DNA of 64,000 nucleotides from Amphiscolops sp. MND2022 (Eukaryota): NCBI GenBank assembly GCA_964187785.1, contig OZ076409.1, positions 45,138,001 to 45,202,000 of the forward strand, read 5' to 3'. Shown piece by piece: positions 1 to 12,400 of this stretch (position 1 is its first letter; each line of letters starts with the position of its first letter). The notes under the pieces were generated by a model. It saw only the letters and a program-made list of their open reading frames with translations, ran no database searches and was not told where the DNA came from. The position numbers and the translations under genes were made by a program.

Positions 1-131
1 ATGTTTTTTCGCTAACCGCTTAAACCGCTAAGTTGCAAGTAGCTATTTTGGTGAAAATTTTTCTCAAAACTATCAAATGTTTGACATCAAGTTTATATAA
101 TTGCAAGCAGTAATCGGCCGATTAACGCATT

Positions 132-2020
132 TGTCTTGAGTTTCCTCCTCGTCCTCGTTCTCGTCTTTAATTAGGTTTCAGGGGAACGCGTCTCTAGAGC
201 TACTCCTGAACTTGCGGTTAAAGGCATCTTCAGGTCTATGTTCCGGTCCCTCAGCCGGGACATTCCATCCTTTACGATGTACCTGTCCTTGTCCGGACCT
301 AAGAGTAGCTTGAATCTGAGGTAAAACGTGTTAATTAATAGCTTCACTTATGGCTCTCTGAAATTGTGTGCTCACGCTACTCATCAGGTCATTCATTTCT
401 TGATCGATCCTTTTATTCAATTCCCCTGACTGTCTAATAATTTCGCTACTAGAATCCGCTTCTCTCAAATTTTGGCCGTTTCCGGCAAAGCCCCTAATTT
501 CATTCCCTCTAGAATTAGAGTGGGAATACAAAGTGTGGTTTGTAAAGGCATTATAACTAGGAGATTCTGGCCTTCGGACTGAATTGGTAAGTTCGCATTC
601 CTCTCTTTTGTAGTGATTGCTATCTAGCATTATTTGCATGTTTTCTGTATCTGGTTACATATCAGTTTCTCCTGACTTCCTAGCTTTACTTTTCTGCTTT
701 CTTGTAGTAGGCATGGAGAATATCCAATAATAATATTCGAAATATTTTATCGGAAAGTTAGAACTTCATAAACGTCTTGAACACAGGTAAGTTTGGAAAC
801 ATTGTGTCAAGCTTAAGGAGTTGGAGCCATTTCCATTTTTTACATATCATCAATTGATTAGTAAATACATCAACTGAAAGAAAATCACATGAATCCTGGC
901 TATTGCATTCTTGAAAGGTCACCTGACCGTCAACGGCAAGGAACATCAACATAACGGGGAATACTCAAAATTGCTACATAACATTTTGGAAGCAACTTCA
1001 AACAAAACAATTTATCGCTCTCAATCAAAACAAACTCTTAGGGTGTCAATGAATGGTGAAAGGAATCAAATAAATGCATCATCAACATCAAGCACGCGCT
1101 AACACGCGAGACATAGTTGGTTATAAAAACAGAGCGTACTTCAAATTACATTGTTTGGAATATTGGATTAATTATTGAAATCTTGTTTGTTAATGCCCCG
1201 ACGGATTTATTGCCTCCTGAAAAGATTTCGTATTTTCAGTGTAAAGATTGATAGGTAGTTATTGTTTCGGTAATCATTTCGGACCGAACTATTTTACGAG
1301 GTGGCTCTTTTTCTCAGAAGTGACGAAACGTTTTTGAGGCACAAGTTGCTCATGCAGCGTAAGTAAAAATCTTCATTTTCGAATCGATGATCGCTTTGTC
1401 TTGTTCACACAAGTGTGAAACGAAGCTGACTATTGCTTTCTGACATGACTACTATTTTCTGTGCAAACATGCGAGCAATACGTTTTAATATGGGAAGTAA
1501 ATTATTTCTGCGTAGGTGGATATTCTGTGCTAAACTTTTGGGGGACAGATAAATTTTTCGCTGATAGGCTGGTGGGGGGGCATTAGCGAACAAGATCCAA
1601 TTATTGTTGTAGCCTAATACAGCCAATATTCACGATATTGCATTTCAAATAATAGCCGGAATAGGTCCGAGGAAATAATAGCTTCATAAGTACAATAATG
1701 ACAACAAAACAATTATTGGCCGAAACCGGCCAGTTGCCTAATTATAACCACACAACATTATGGTCAAATGGCCGTGATCAGCGATCAATATTACCACCAG
1801 AGTATATGAAGCGCTGTGATTGGCTATTTGTTTGCCAGAAAGTCTCGCTGCCGTGAAAGTACGGCAGCTCATTTGAACTCGTTTCCGTGCTTCTACGCAG
1901 TAATTCACTTTCGCATTGCATTGTAATTTTACATTTCAAGAATTCCCTCATCAAGGCGGATTATCTAGCAACCGTTAACAGACTAATTGCACATAACATC
2001 AAAATATATTGTAAATACTA
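132..2020 (-). mobile_element. Solo-LTR-like repeat, copy A, with a degenerate gag-like N-terminal ORF (714 to 132)
   Basis: Colinear with 17226-18754: shared left end TGTC(T/A)TGAG, shared ORF (EMNDLMSSVSTQFQRAISEAIN*HVLPQIQATLRSGQG vs MSTVSSQIQRAINETISDQILPQIQVTLKSGQG) and shared non-coding blocks (CTCATTTGAACTCGTTTCC, GTTAACAGACTAAT). The right end is obscured by the insertion at 2021. No TSD found. Confidence 0.6.
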
Positions 2021-2369
2021 AACAAGCCGGGAACGGCCCAAGTCGGCGCCACATCTAAGGCTCAAAGCAAAAGGACTTCAAAGTGTCAAGTATTCTCTTC
2101 TACAGTACCCAGATGAAAAAAAAATTGAGAAAAATTTCGAAATATTTTTCAAAATTTTTTTGGTCCCCGATAAGTCGCATAGTGCCGAAAAATGTAAAAC
2201 TTCAAAAAAGCCTGATTAACTTCTATCTCAAGTGCCAGTAGAAGTAGTGTGGCATTTAGTGTTAGTTCAAGTCAGCTTATAAAGCTTATAAAATCTGTCA
2301 CTTCGTTGGTCTCAAAGAAAGAAGTCACTACTATAGTCTGCGTTTTTCTACGAAAAACACCGACTAAAA
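2021..2369 (-). mobile_element. Non-autonomous Helentron-like element (HINE family 1)
   Basis: AACAAG end, hairpin GCCG-GGAA-CGGC and subterminal AGTCGGCGC; the other end is CACCGACTAAAA with a short internal inverted repeat. Same layout at 25215 and 40178. Confidence 0.7.
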
Positions 2370-4032
2370 TTAGGGGAGACCTAAATAAGTTTCATTCCTA
2401 AGTTTGTAGAGTTTTAGTGTATCGGCAGTGTACCTGTGCTTGCTTCTTGCCCGATTGCTGAAGTTGTGATTCTCGTGCCGTCACAGGTGGAGCAGCCTAC
2501 AGAATGGGTTGGTCGCCCGGTACAAGCGCCGTCGCAACAAGTCCATTTTGCTTCCAGGGTGAAATATGGCCCGTAAGGTTCCCGCTTTGTCCGAATACTC
2601 ACAACCCGGTCCTGGTCTTTCATAGCTGATAGTGACGGGCATCGTTCTGGCACTTTAAAGACCACCGTTCAAGTAGCAGATATAAAGAAAGCCAAAAATA
2701 ATATAAATTTCCATTTTCAGCGTGATATGCAGAATAACGTCCAAAAGCGCCATTAGTAGTCCTCGTGCAAGAAAATACAGCTAAAAGATTGAAAATACAT
2801 ACAGTCACTCATGGAAGCGGCAAAGCACACAGTTATAAACTGGGGTTCCATGTGCCAAACGAGCATTTCTGGCACTCGGTATACAAGCAAAATGGCGGAA
2901 AAAGCAAAAAAAGCAATCACATCCTAATGCTACGTCAAACGTCGAATTAGACTTTTCACCAAATTTCTGAACATGCTCCAATCCCAACATTGACTGTATA
3001 TCTTTATATTAGAGGGTACCGTTAGAATAAGGTAAAAACTAATGATAACTTTAATTGAGTTGTAGCTTGTAAAAATGGGTTCAAGAGGTGAACAAATTGA
3101 CAACGAAAAATTTTTTGTGACGAGAGCTGAATTATGGCTGGTGATAAGACTATTCTGTATAAATTGATCGATCGGTTTGTTTTAAGATTTTCCACAATGA
3201 ACGAGAACGAATTTTAAGTCTATTGAAAAAGTTCTGAGTCTGAATCGCCATTTTTGGGGGCTTGAGGGTAATAATATTACCAGATTAATTCGAAAGGTAA
3301 GGAATCTTCAATTTTTGAAAAAATATATATATGCAACAATTTCTGAGGCATCAACTAGCACCTCATTCAACGCAGTTTTTTTTCCGACGAAACTCATTCA
3401 AACTATTAATTATGAACACGTGAAGAATTTACCCATGTTATGTTTTGTGATAATTTCAGTAACTTACACCAGTGATTTTGTTTTTGTCTGTCGTTCGGAA
3501 AATGCCTTTCTTCGAAAAAGTGTTTTTGAACACGGAAGAATGCATACCATTTCTAGATCTCCAATCGTGGAACTACCAATTTTTAATACCTAATATTGGA
3601 ACCTTGTTTTGGTGCTTGTTTATTGTTTTCGTTTGTAATATACGACTGTTTTTCAGTTGGAACAAAGAAAACACTAGTCATGGACTATCTGAACCCTGAA
3701 GACTCCCTACTTGACAGACCGAACAACACAGTCGAAATGTCAGACCGCAGCTTCATTAGTGAGTAGAGAAATATTATCACAACTCAAGAGTTGTAGTTGA
3801 AGTCCATCGATTTTAAACAACTCCTAATTTACCTTGTTGAAACTGCTTGAACTTTTTGCATGTACTTTAATGTTGCCAGCAACGTTTATTATGATTTTCT
3901 AAAACTCTTAAGGAAACTTTCATGCGAGAATATTTCCCTGTTCTATTTGACTTTTATCAAGCTGCTTGAAAGATTCATCAAAGTTTTCGCGGCAATTTTA
4001 AGCTTTGAAGTTTTGCAGGTTTCATTATGCAT

Positions 4033-6200
4033 CAGTAGTAGTAGTAGTACGAGATTATCCGATAGCTATATCGTCCTCGCAAAAGCCAGATCTTCGAGTT
4101 TGAGCCAATTATCTGTTCCAAGGTCTTTTCGGTACGTTTTCAGGATAGTTGGAGGGCGAGGTCCTCTTTTTCTTTTGGGCAATGTCTCTACAAATCTGAG
4201 AACGTCTTTGAAGGTGCTTCCTCTCCTGAGTAGATGACCAAGGTGATGTTTTCGATAGCATCTCACAGATTCGGAAAAGGGTTGGCTATTTGTGATCTTG
4301 TATAGTTCTTTATTGTGGCTTTTCTTTGGGTAGAAGATGTTTAGGAAATATCTCAAATGCTTTCTCTGAAAAATTTCAAGTTTATTCTCTATTCTTTTGT
4401 TGATAATCCAGGTTGAACTGTTATATTGGAAGATGGGTTTCACAAAAATTTGATATATAAATATTTTCAGGGGAATTTTTATGAAAGGGTTTTTCCAGAC
4501 GAAGTCAAATTTTCTGAGAGCACATAGGCTGAGAATATTACGTCGACTCATAATCACATTCGTCGTCGAGTAATGATCCTAGCTTTTTCACTTCGGTGAG
4601 ATCCTTTCCATAACCAAAGTGTGTATACTCTGTTTTGGCATCGTTTACCTGTAAGTTGTATTCATTCAGCACAGGTACTTTTTACGACTTCTATAAGGCT
4701 TTCCGGGTCCTTATCTTCTGTGATGATGAAATCGATATCGTCAGCGTATTCAATATGAAATGGTAACTGATAATGGCGGAGGGAAAATTATGATCGATCT
4801 CATAATGTTGTCGATTCTTGTTAACGCAGAGTTGACATAAAAATTGAAAAACTTTGGCGATAGTGAGTCACCCTGTGGTACACCCCTTGTCGTAGGGAAG
4901 CTATTGCCAATGTTGGTATTGAATTTGACTGCTAAGGTAGTATTTGTTAGTAGAATTTCGATTACTTTGGGATTGCCTGGACTGATAACCTCATTTATTA
5001 ATTCAATTAACAGTTTTCTTTGAACAGTATCGAAAGCCTTAGACATGTCCACACCTACGAGACTTGGGTTAAATTCTTTTTCAACACTTGCGGCAAAAAG
5101 ACGTTTGTGCGTCAGAATAACGTCCCCGCTCGATTTGCTCTTTGAGTAGGCATGTTGGCGTCCATTGATTGTCTGTTCAAGTTGGTCGTCTATTCTTCTT
5201 AGAACAATCAATGATAGTAGCTTTCGCCAAGCTGAGAGAAGTATGACAGGTCGATAGCTTTCAGTGATTGGTTGGCAGCTTGATTGTTGAGTTGTTAAGC
5301 TGATTCTATCAAGTGCAGTTCAGTTATCTCATGTTATCTCAAGTTATGACATGATCGATACGAGTAGATTGGAAAATTTTCTCACGAAGAAGTTTATGCT
5401 CTTCTGATAATTTTGAAATGATGGGATCTAATTTGGCTATTCTGGGTAATGGTTTCTTGATTCTTTCTTCCAAATAATTTCTTCCAAATACTGGTTGTTA
5501 CTAGTCTATGATCTGAGTCTATACGGTGGTTGATATGACTTCGGGCATTAATCATAGCCTGTTTTCGATTTTGGCGCAAGATGATGTAATCAATTTGGTT
5601 GTATATGGTGCTTTTGGTGGTCTTTTGTTCGAAAGTAGTAATATGGCATGCTCGGTGTTTGAAAAAAGTCTTGCTCGCTAAGAGTTTGTTATTTGTCATA
5701 AACTCTTGCAGGAACTCCCCATTGGTGTTTATAATTCCTCTGCTGTGAGCACCCAGGCAGGGGGAAGGTCTAGCACTTTTTCCTACTTTAGCATTGAAAT
5801 CACCGAGGACGATGAGATCTTTTCCTTTCATCTGTTTTCGACGTCATTTAGATTTTTGTAAAATTCTTCGGTTATTTGCATGTTCTTCAGGGTACTACCC
5901 ATATGAGGGGCATGTGTATTTATCAGAACAAGGTCCGAGGTCTTTTCTGTTCTGTATATTTTGACACCTTCCTGCGTGATCTTCGAGGCTTAATTATTTT
6001 TCTTTCTGACGGTGATATATGCAATCCTGTCATTTACTTGACGTTTTTCCGTAATACATGGTGGACTTTTGCACTAGGAATCCTAATCCTAGGTAATTGG
6101 AGTTTCTTTTGAATAGTATTGTGGTATATTCGGACTCGGGGATGGGTATTTTATTACACTTGCAATAAGCAAGTTATGGGAAAGTGCGGGTGCTTTATTT
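4033..6200 (-). mobile_element. Degenerate non-LTR retrotransposon (APE endonuclease + RT, RTE-like)
   Basis: Endonuclease motifs GLGFLV, LIVLGDFNAKVG, NQIDYII, DSDHRLV. RT motifs VDMSKAFDTV, GVPQGDSLSP and EYADDIDF (about 4738-4749, frameshifted). Short (TAC)n tail at 4033-4050 just after the stop at 4066. The 5' boundary is approximate. Confidence 0.88.
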
Positions 6201-6282
6201 TCCGCGCGACAACTCTCTCGTTTCAGACCGCAAGTCGCATAGTCCGAATTTGTGGCCGTGCAAGTTGCAACTTCTGGCACTT

Positions 6283-7110
6283 GGCATAGAGGTTAATTAG
6301 GATTTTTTGAGCTCTGCCAAGCAGAAGGACGTGGGTTCGAGTCTCGCCCTTGACCAAAATTTTTTGTGCGTGTTATTTCGGCTTTGACTTTTTTTCGCAA
6401 TTTTTTTTCATGTCACCAAAGATTCCTCCCTTCATTTTTTTGGTATTTTGCAACAGAACGAATGTTAAACAAGACGCCCGCTAAGCACTGGATTATTTTC
6501 CTCCCTTTTCGCCATCATCGCTTTAGCCATAGCTATTTTGGGAGGGAAATAGGATCTAAATATCAAGATCTAAAATTTAGTGATTTTAGATCTTATTCCC
6601 TTTAGATCTTATCCCCGTCCTGAAATTTTAGATCTTGTTCCCTTTGGATCTTTTTCCTTTTTTTGATTTTAGATCTTTTTCCCCCCTCCTACTAAAATAG
6701 TCAAGTAACTAAATAGTCAAGTGATGGAGCGTGAAGATTTGGCAGAATTTGGAAAAAAAACCGCAACACAGATGATGATTTTCCTCGCCATTGAAAATGT
6801 GGGTCGGAAAAAATTAACACAGATGATGATTTTCCTCTCCATTGAAAATGTGGGTCGGAAAATAAAAATCCCAAAGGGTCCTTTCTTTCAGATTTTTCGC
6901 TAATATGAGACTGTTGAAAATTCTCATTTTTTGTTTTTTTTTGAAAATTTTTCAAGTCTCGCTTCAATTTTTTGAAATTTTGCAAGAGAATGGATGTTAA
7001 AAAATCTCAAAGTGCCCCCTTTTACAGTTTTCGGCATTGTGAGATTTTTCAAATCCAATAATTTTTGTCTTGAAATCAGGTTTTCTCATCCCTTCGGGAT
7101 TTTTTGGTGT
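6283..7110. repeat. Composite of HINE family 1 fragments, a tRNA T-arm-like segment, TTTAGATCTT repeats and a 51-bp tandem duplication (6765-6863)
   Basis: Shares TTTTCGGCATTGTGAGA, CCCAAAGGGTCC and GAATGGATGTT motifs with 24400-24590 and 40200-40560; GGGTTCGAGTC at about 6333. Confidence 0.5.
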
Positions 7111-7952
7111 AAAATTGATGAAATTTTAACAATAATGTCCTTTTACCCTTGGCTCTCCGTATGACATTGCTTATTTGGGTTTCTTCAAAAGTTCGCAACT
7201 TTCTTCGCAAGTGTTTGCGAAGCACGGCTTCGCCTCTGTGTCTGATTTGGTTTCCTGAATAGTCAAATTGTTACACATTTTTTAAATAGTTGTTTTTCTA
7301 CATTTTCTATTTTAGGTCTCAATCCTCGTACATTCCATGTACCAAGTTCTTGCTCTGACTGTCTTTTGTTTGAGACTTGGGATTCTGGGGGAATCGTGGA
7401 TAGCCATCACATCATGTTGGATAATGATTATCCAACCACTATTCAACCACTATTGTGCATCAGTTATAATTTTAAAAGCAGCTGAGACATCAGCAATTTT
7501 GCCGCCATTTTAATGCAAATTAACTTCATTCACAATGTAAACAACAAACTAGCGTCATCTTCAGCGTCCTATTTGAGAAGCGGTGATTAAATCAGATGAG
7601 TTGAGAAAACAAATAGGGAATACAAAGTGATCGTGTCGGTAATGTAGTGGAACCTTTTTTCAAATTTAATTGCAGGAGTGGAAAATGAGTGTAATTGTAC
7701 ATGATTTACTATCCAAAGTTCTCTGAATTTTGTAGGTTTTATAAAAAAATTACCCTGCATGCAGCCCTGCAGCATGTAAAAAGTTCCTGCAGTTTCAACT
7801 AGGGTTGCCACTGTTGTAATGATGTAGTGCTTTTACATTTTCTAATTTCAGGTTTTGTTTTCTATTATTTGCAGAAATAGGTGGCGCATTGTTTAAGCTT
7901 TATGTACTGGTGCGCTATTCACGTATAACCACGTGGTCTTGCTACTCCACTC

Positions 7953-8418
7953 CGGTGTCAGGACATTTCATCCTCTAGAATTTCAACCTATGCAATTTCA
8001 ACCGTTGCTATTTCAAGCGCTCTCAGTTTCAACCTATTGCATTTTCAACTTTCTGCTGCAATTTCGACCGAAACTAGGTTTGGCTAATGGGTCCTATTAG
8101 TTGTATAACTATTTTAGGGGTTTTCATTTTCATACCTTTCTTCAACTACTAGATTCAAATGTAATACTTTTTACACCAGTTTTGATCCGTTTTTTTTTGT
8201 GAATAACTACCATTAATTAAACTTGTTTGATTCCTTACTAACTATTGTACTGAGATAATAAGTCAACGGAATTAGGAGTAATTAGCCAAAATTAGTTTGG
8301 GTCGAAATTCCGGAAGGTGAAATTGCAAAAAGTAAAAAGTGAAATTGTCAGCAGTTGAAATTGTAGCGGTTGAATTTGCATAGGTTAAAATTGCATAGGA
8401 CGAATTGTGATGTTATCG
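7953..8418. mobile_element. MITE with inverted arrays of ~15-bp subterminal repeats (ATTTCAACCTATGCA)
   Basis: Left end CGGTGTCAGGACATTTCATCCT...ATTTCAACCTATGCAATTTCAACCG aligns with the reverse complement of the right end (CGATAACATCACAATTCGTCCTATGCAATTTTAACCTATGC). No clean TSD. Confidence 0.7.
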
Positions 8419-9235
8419 AACTCGCTTTATACCAATGAGTACGAGCGCAGACTACACAAGTTTACACAGCTTTCGAACTCATTTCTTTTCCTCTCACCTT
8501 CAAGAATCGCTCGAAAATTATATTGAAGTTGAGTTGTTATTAAGTTATCACCATAGTCGACACTGCAGCCCGGCATGCAGGGTAATTTTTGAAAAAAACA
8601 ACGAAAATTCACACAGCGTGCAGGGAAGAATCTTTGAAAAATTGCCCTGCATCTCAAAAAATCCCTGTAAGCTTTTAAGTTATTGAAAAAACTCCTAGCG
8701 GTCTCCAATGAAGTTTAAAAAGCCACACTGCAAGAAAAATTGCTTGCTATTCTCACTAAATGCTACTTTTATAGCTAGCACTGAAAGTAGAAAATATAGA
8801 CAAATGAGAACAGAATAAACTGAATTAGCTCACAACAAAAATACTTTTGAAAAAGTGCAGCATCAAAACATATTTTTCAATTAGTAAAAATCTGTTCATT
8901 GAAGTGCCACTCTAAAACTCAATTTCACTGAAGTTCTTGTAGTTCTTGGAGTCGACTTGATATCAGTAACTGAAACCACGCCAGTGTTCTAGAAAAACTG
9001 CGCGTTACGACCGAACCTCGCCATTATGCCAGAGGTCCCATCTGCAAGCCACTGAAACATACATAATCAAAGACTGAATCGCGTGACAGTTAACTTGCTT
9101 CTGGAAAATGGAAGCAGAAAAAGTAACACGTTCGATTAAAATTGGAACTTAGTTTGAAATGCTTGTTTTTATTCGAAGTCGAAAAAAGCCGCGAAAGTTG
9201 CAAATTTTCAAGCAGGTTACATCATGGAAACCGAC

Positions 9236-9423
9236 TGTGAAGAGTTGTAAATTGACATAGGATAAACATTAGTAAACAGATATGCAATTTACAGAAGTAC
9301 CTGCCAACGCAGGAGCGTGAGAAAAAGATACTTTAACACTTCACGCCAAAAGATACAGTTTAGTCAATTTACACACATTTGACAATTCTAATTGTTTTGT
9401 CAAGTCAAAGCATAGCATTAACA
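9236..9423 (+). repeat. 5' LTR of Gypsy element 1
   Basis: Direct repeat of 14262-14450 with about 20 differences by eye. Confidence 0.95.
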
Positions 9424-12400
9424 TCGCGCTGCGAGTCAATGAATCTGACGACGAACCCTCTTCTCCTCTTCTGGGACTGTCATATTTTTGGCAGGATGCC
9501 GACAAATCTCCTACAACATAATGGAACAAATGAACAGAATTGTTGGGAATGGCGGTATTAGTCAGACATTCTATATCATTTTCGGAGGTTTCAAAATCTC
9601 CATTTGAACAAGATAATACAATTCCCGCTGTACTGGTGAGTTTTACCGTTAGTACAGCTAAACAAAGTAGTCAGTATACTTTACCTGTCCATTGGGAAAA
9701 CTGGCAGAAAGATGTTAACAGACAAATATCCGCACACAAACATCTCTGTAATCGAGATTGCTGAAGTGTTTGAGAGATGTACAGCGTGTTTTGAAGTGAG
9801 AAGAAACCGCACTCTGGATACGCATTCTTCTCACGAAAACAACAACCAGGAGAATCCCTTCATCAGTACTGGAACATCCTAAATGGTCTTGCTTCGAAAT
9901 GCGACTTTGGAGAGCAAACACAAAGTTGGGTGTACGACATATTTGTACTAAATATGTCGAATAAGCAAGTCCAGGAAAGGCTTTGCGCCGAGCCAAAAGA
10001 AAACACGGCGGCGGCATTGAAATTTGCAATTGCATTTGAAGAAGGTCTTAAAAGACAGGAGACGATTGGCTAACCCAGTACGTCGACAAAAGTAAAACAA
10101 GAACCGGTCGTTGCGGTTTCGAGCCAATGAGAGAAAAGTGAATGCTGGCGATGTGGCACAGGAAGCTTCACAACGGCTCATCTGAAAGTTTGTAAGGCAC
10201 CTGAAACGCATTTCAACTATTGCGGGATAATAAAAGGTCATTTTGAAAACTGCTGCAACTCCAAGCAAAAAGATAAATTAAAGAAAATCGCCATTCGGAA
10301 AAATTTTGACAGAAAATCCCAAAATGTCAAGAGAGTTCAAAGAGTGGATTTCTATGAAGAAGATCAAGAGTCAGATAGTGACGAATTGGTGCTTAACGTC
10401 GAGAGTGAAGGGAAGCAAAAACCGCGCCCTACTACATGGAAATTGGATTAATGGGTTTCGTTTCAAGACAATGATAGATACGGGCTCACCTGTTACTATC
10501 TTTGCAGTAGATGATATAAAGAAGATCATGCGTAGAAAAGATCTCCAAGTTAGATGGATGAATAAAGGAGAGAAGTACGTAGATTTCAACGGTAAACCCT
10601 TAATTCGGCTGGCCTTCGTGTTCTGTCAGTTGAAATTCGGTGGAAAATTCACAAAGAAGGCAAGGATTCTAGTTGCAAAAGAAGGAACGAAATCGACAGT
10701 AGGGAGTGAGTGGTTGTCGACATTAAAGTTCATGATGGTACAAAACCCAGTGGGTGAGTCAATATTTAATGTAATTGAAGAAGAAGTAGAAAACCTAAGT
10801 GCGGAAACAAAGACTTTTATGAAGGAGTTTTCAAAATTGTTTTGAGAAATGGAAAAATAAAAGATCACAAAATAAAAATCAAAATGAAAGACGACGCCGC
10901 AGTTTCCCAACAAAAAGGCAGTACCTTCAAAAAAGAATACCTATTCAGATGCAAAAAGCTGTAGACGCCGAAATGAAAAGATTACTAAAAGATGTCCAAG
11001 TCGAAAAAATAGACGAAATCAAGGACGACGTTTATTTTCAGCCGACGGTAATAACGGTAAAGAAAGACCGAACGGTAAAAAGAGCGTTGGATGCCAGAGC
11101 TTTGAAAAAGGATATCGACAAAGATAACTATCAGCTGCCAAATCTGGAGAATTTTGTGGAAATGATAGCCGAAAGGCAAGATGGCGTAGATGGAGAAGTG
11201 TGGTACTCGTCAGTTGATATAACATAGGCATAAGGACAGGTTCCGCTCTACGCATTGACAGCAAAACATTGTAGTTTTCAAACTATTGGGGAGGAGTCAA
11301 CAGGCACGTACCGTTTTGTAACAGGTTTTTCTGGTCTGACGGTTATACCGAAAGAGTTTCAAAAGATTATGGATAACCTTTTAGCTAGATATAGAGAAAT
11401 TTTAGTTTTTATTGATGATAATCTAATTGTAACCATGGGAACAAAAAGTGAACTTATGGCAAAAGTGCGGGAAATACTCAATTCATTAGATCTGGCAATA
11501 AAGGCAGAAAAGTGTAAATTTGTACAAGGCGAATTTGAGTGGCTTGGTTTCAAATTGACCAATTCAGGGGTAACGCTAGTAAATAACAACGTGCAAGGCA
11601 ATACTGAGAGAGTACGGTCAACAAATTTTAAAAAATTGAGGTCGTATTTGGGTGCTGCAAACCAATTGAACAAATTTATTCCGGATTTGGCAGCGAAATG
11701 TTTAGCGTTCAGAAATATTCTAAAGAAAGATGCAAAATGGAAATGGTCACAGGATCATGAAAGAGCGTTGGAGAGAAGTAATAACTAAGTGAAAAAAGTA
11801 GCTAAATTGACGCATTTGAATAGAAATTCTCTGTTACGAATCACATGCGACGCAAGGAAAGAAGGGTTAAATGCAGTTTTACAACAAAACGCAGATGATT
11901 ATTGGAAACCAAATGCGTACGCAGCTAGATTTTTAACAGAGTTTGATGCAAAACATTCTAATAACGAACTCCAGTTATTAGCAGTAGTGTGGTCGGTTGA
12001 ACATTTTAAAAACTACGTTTACGGAATTAAATTTGAAATTGTATCTGATCGTAAAGCATTAGAAAGTGTGTTAAAAGCAAACAAAGCTAATAAAACATTT
12101 TTTCTAGCTGTTTGACAAGATGGGTAGACCGTCTTTTACCATTTGAATTTACAGTGGTACATACACCGGTAGAACGCTCGGAATGGCGGACTACTTATCA
12201 CGTCATCCGTCCCCTTATAGCGGCGCAGTAATAAAATCTGAGCAAATGTTAAATGATTGGTTTACAATTAACGTTGTAAATGAAATTGCAAAAGATTTTG
12301 ATGAACCGATTACGGCAAAATGAAAAAATCTACGCAAATGATTTGTGAAGCAATTAGCCAATCAGAAGCGAAAACGCACGTATTTACAGTTTCCGAGCGA

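Noticed and set aside
7720..8615. Inverted CCCTGCATGCAG blocks (about 7750 and 8575) and TAGGGTTGCCA (7800) as ends of one transposon
   Set aside because: The similarity is real but I could not define termini or a TSD; probably unrelated relic fragments.
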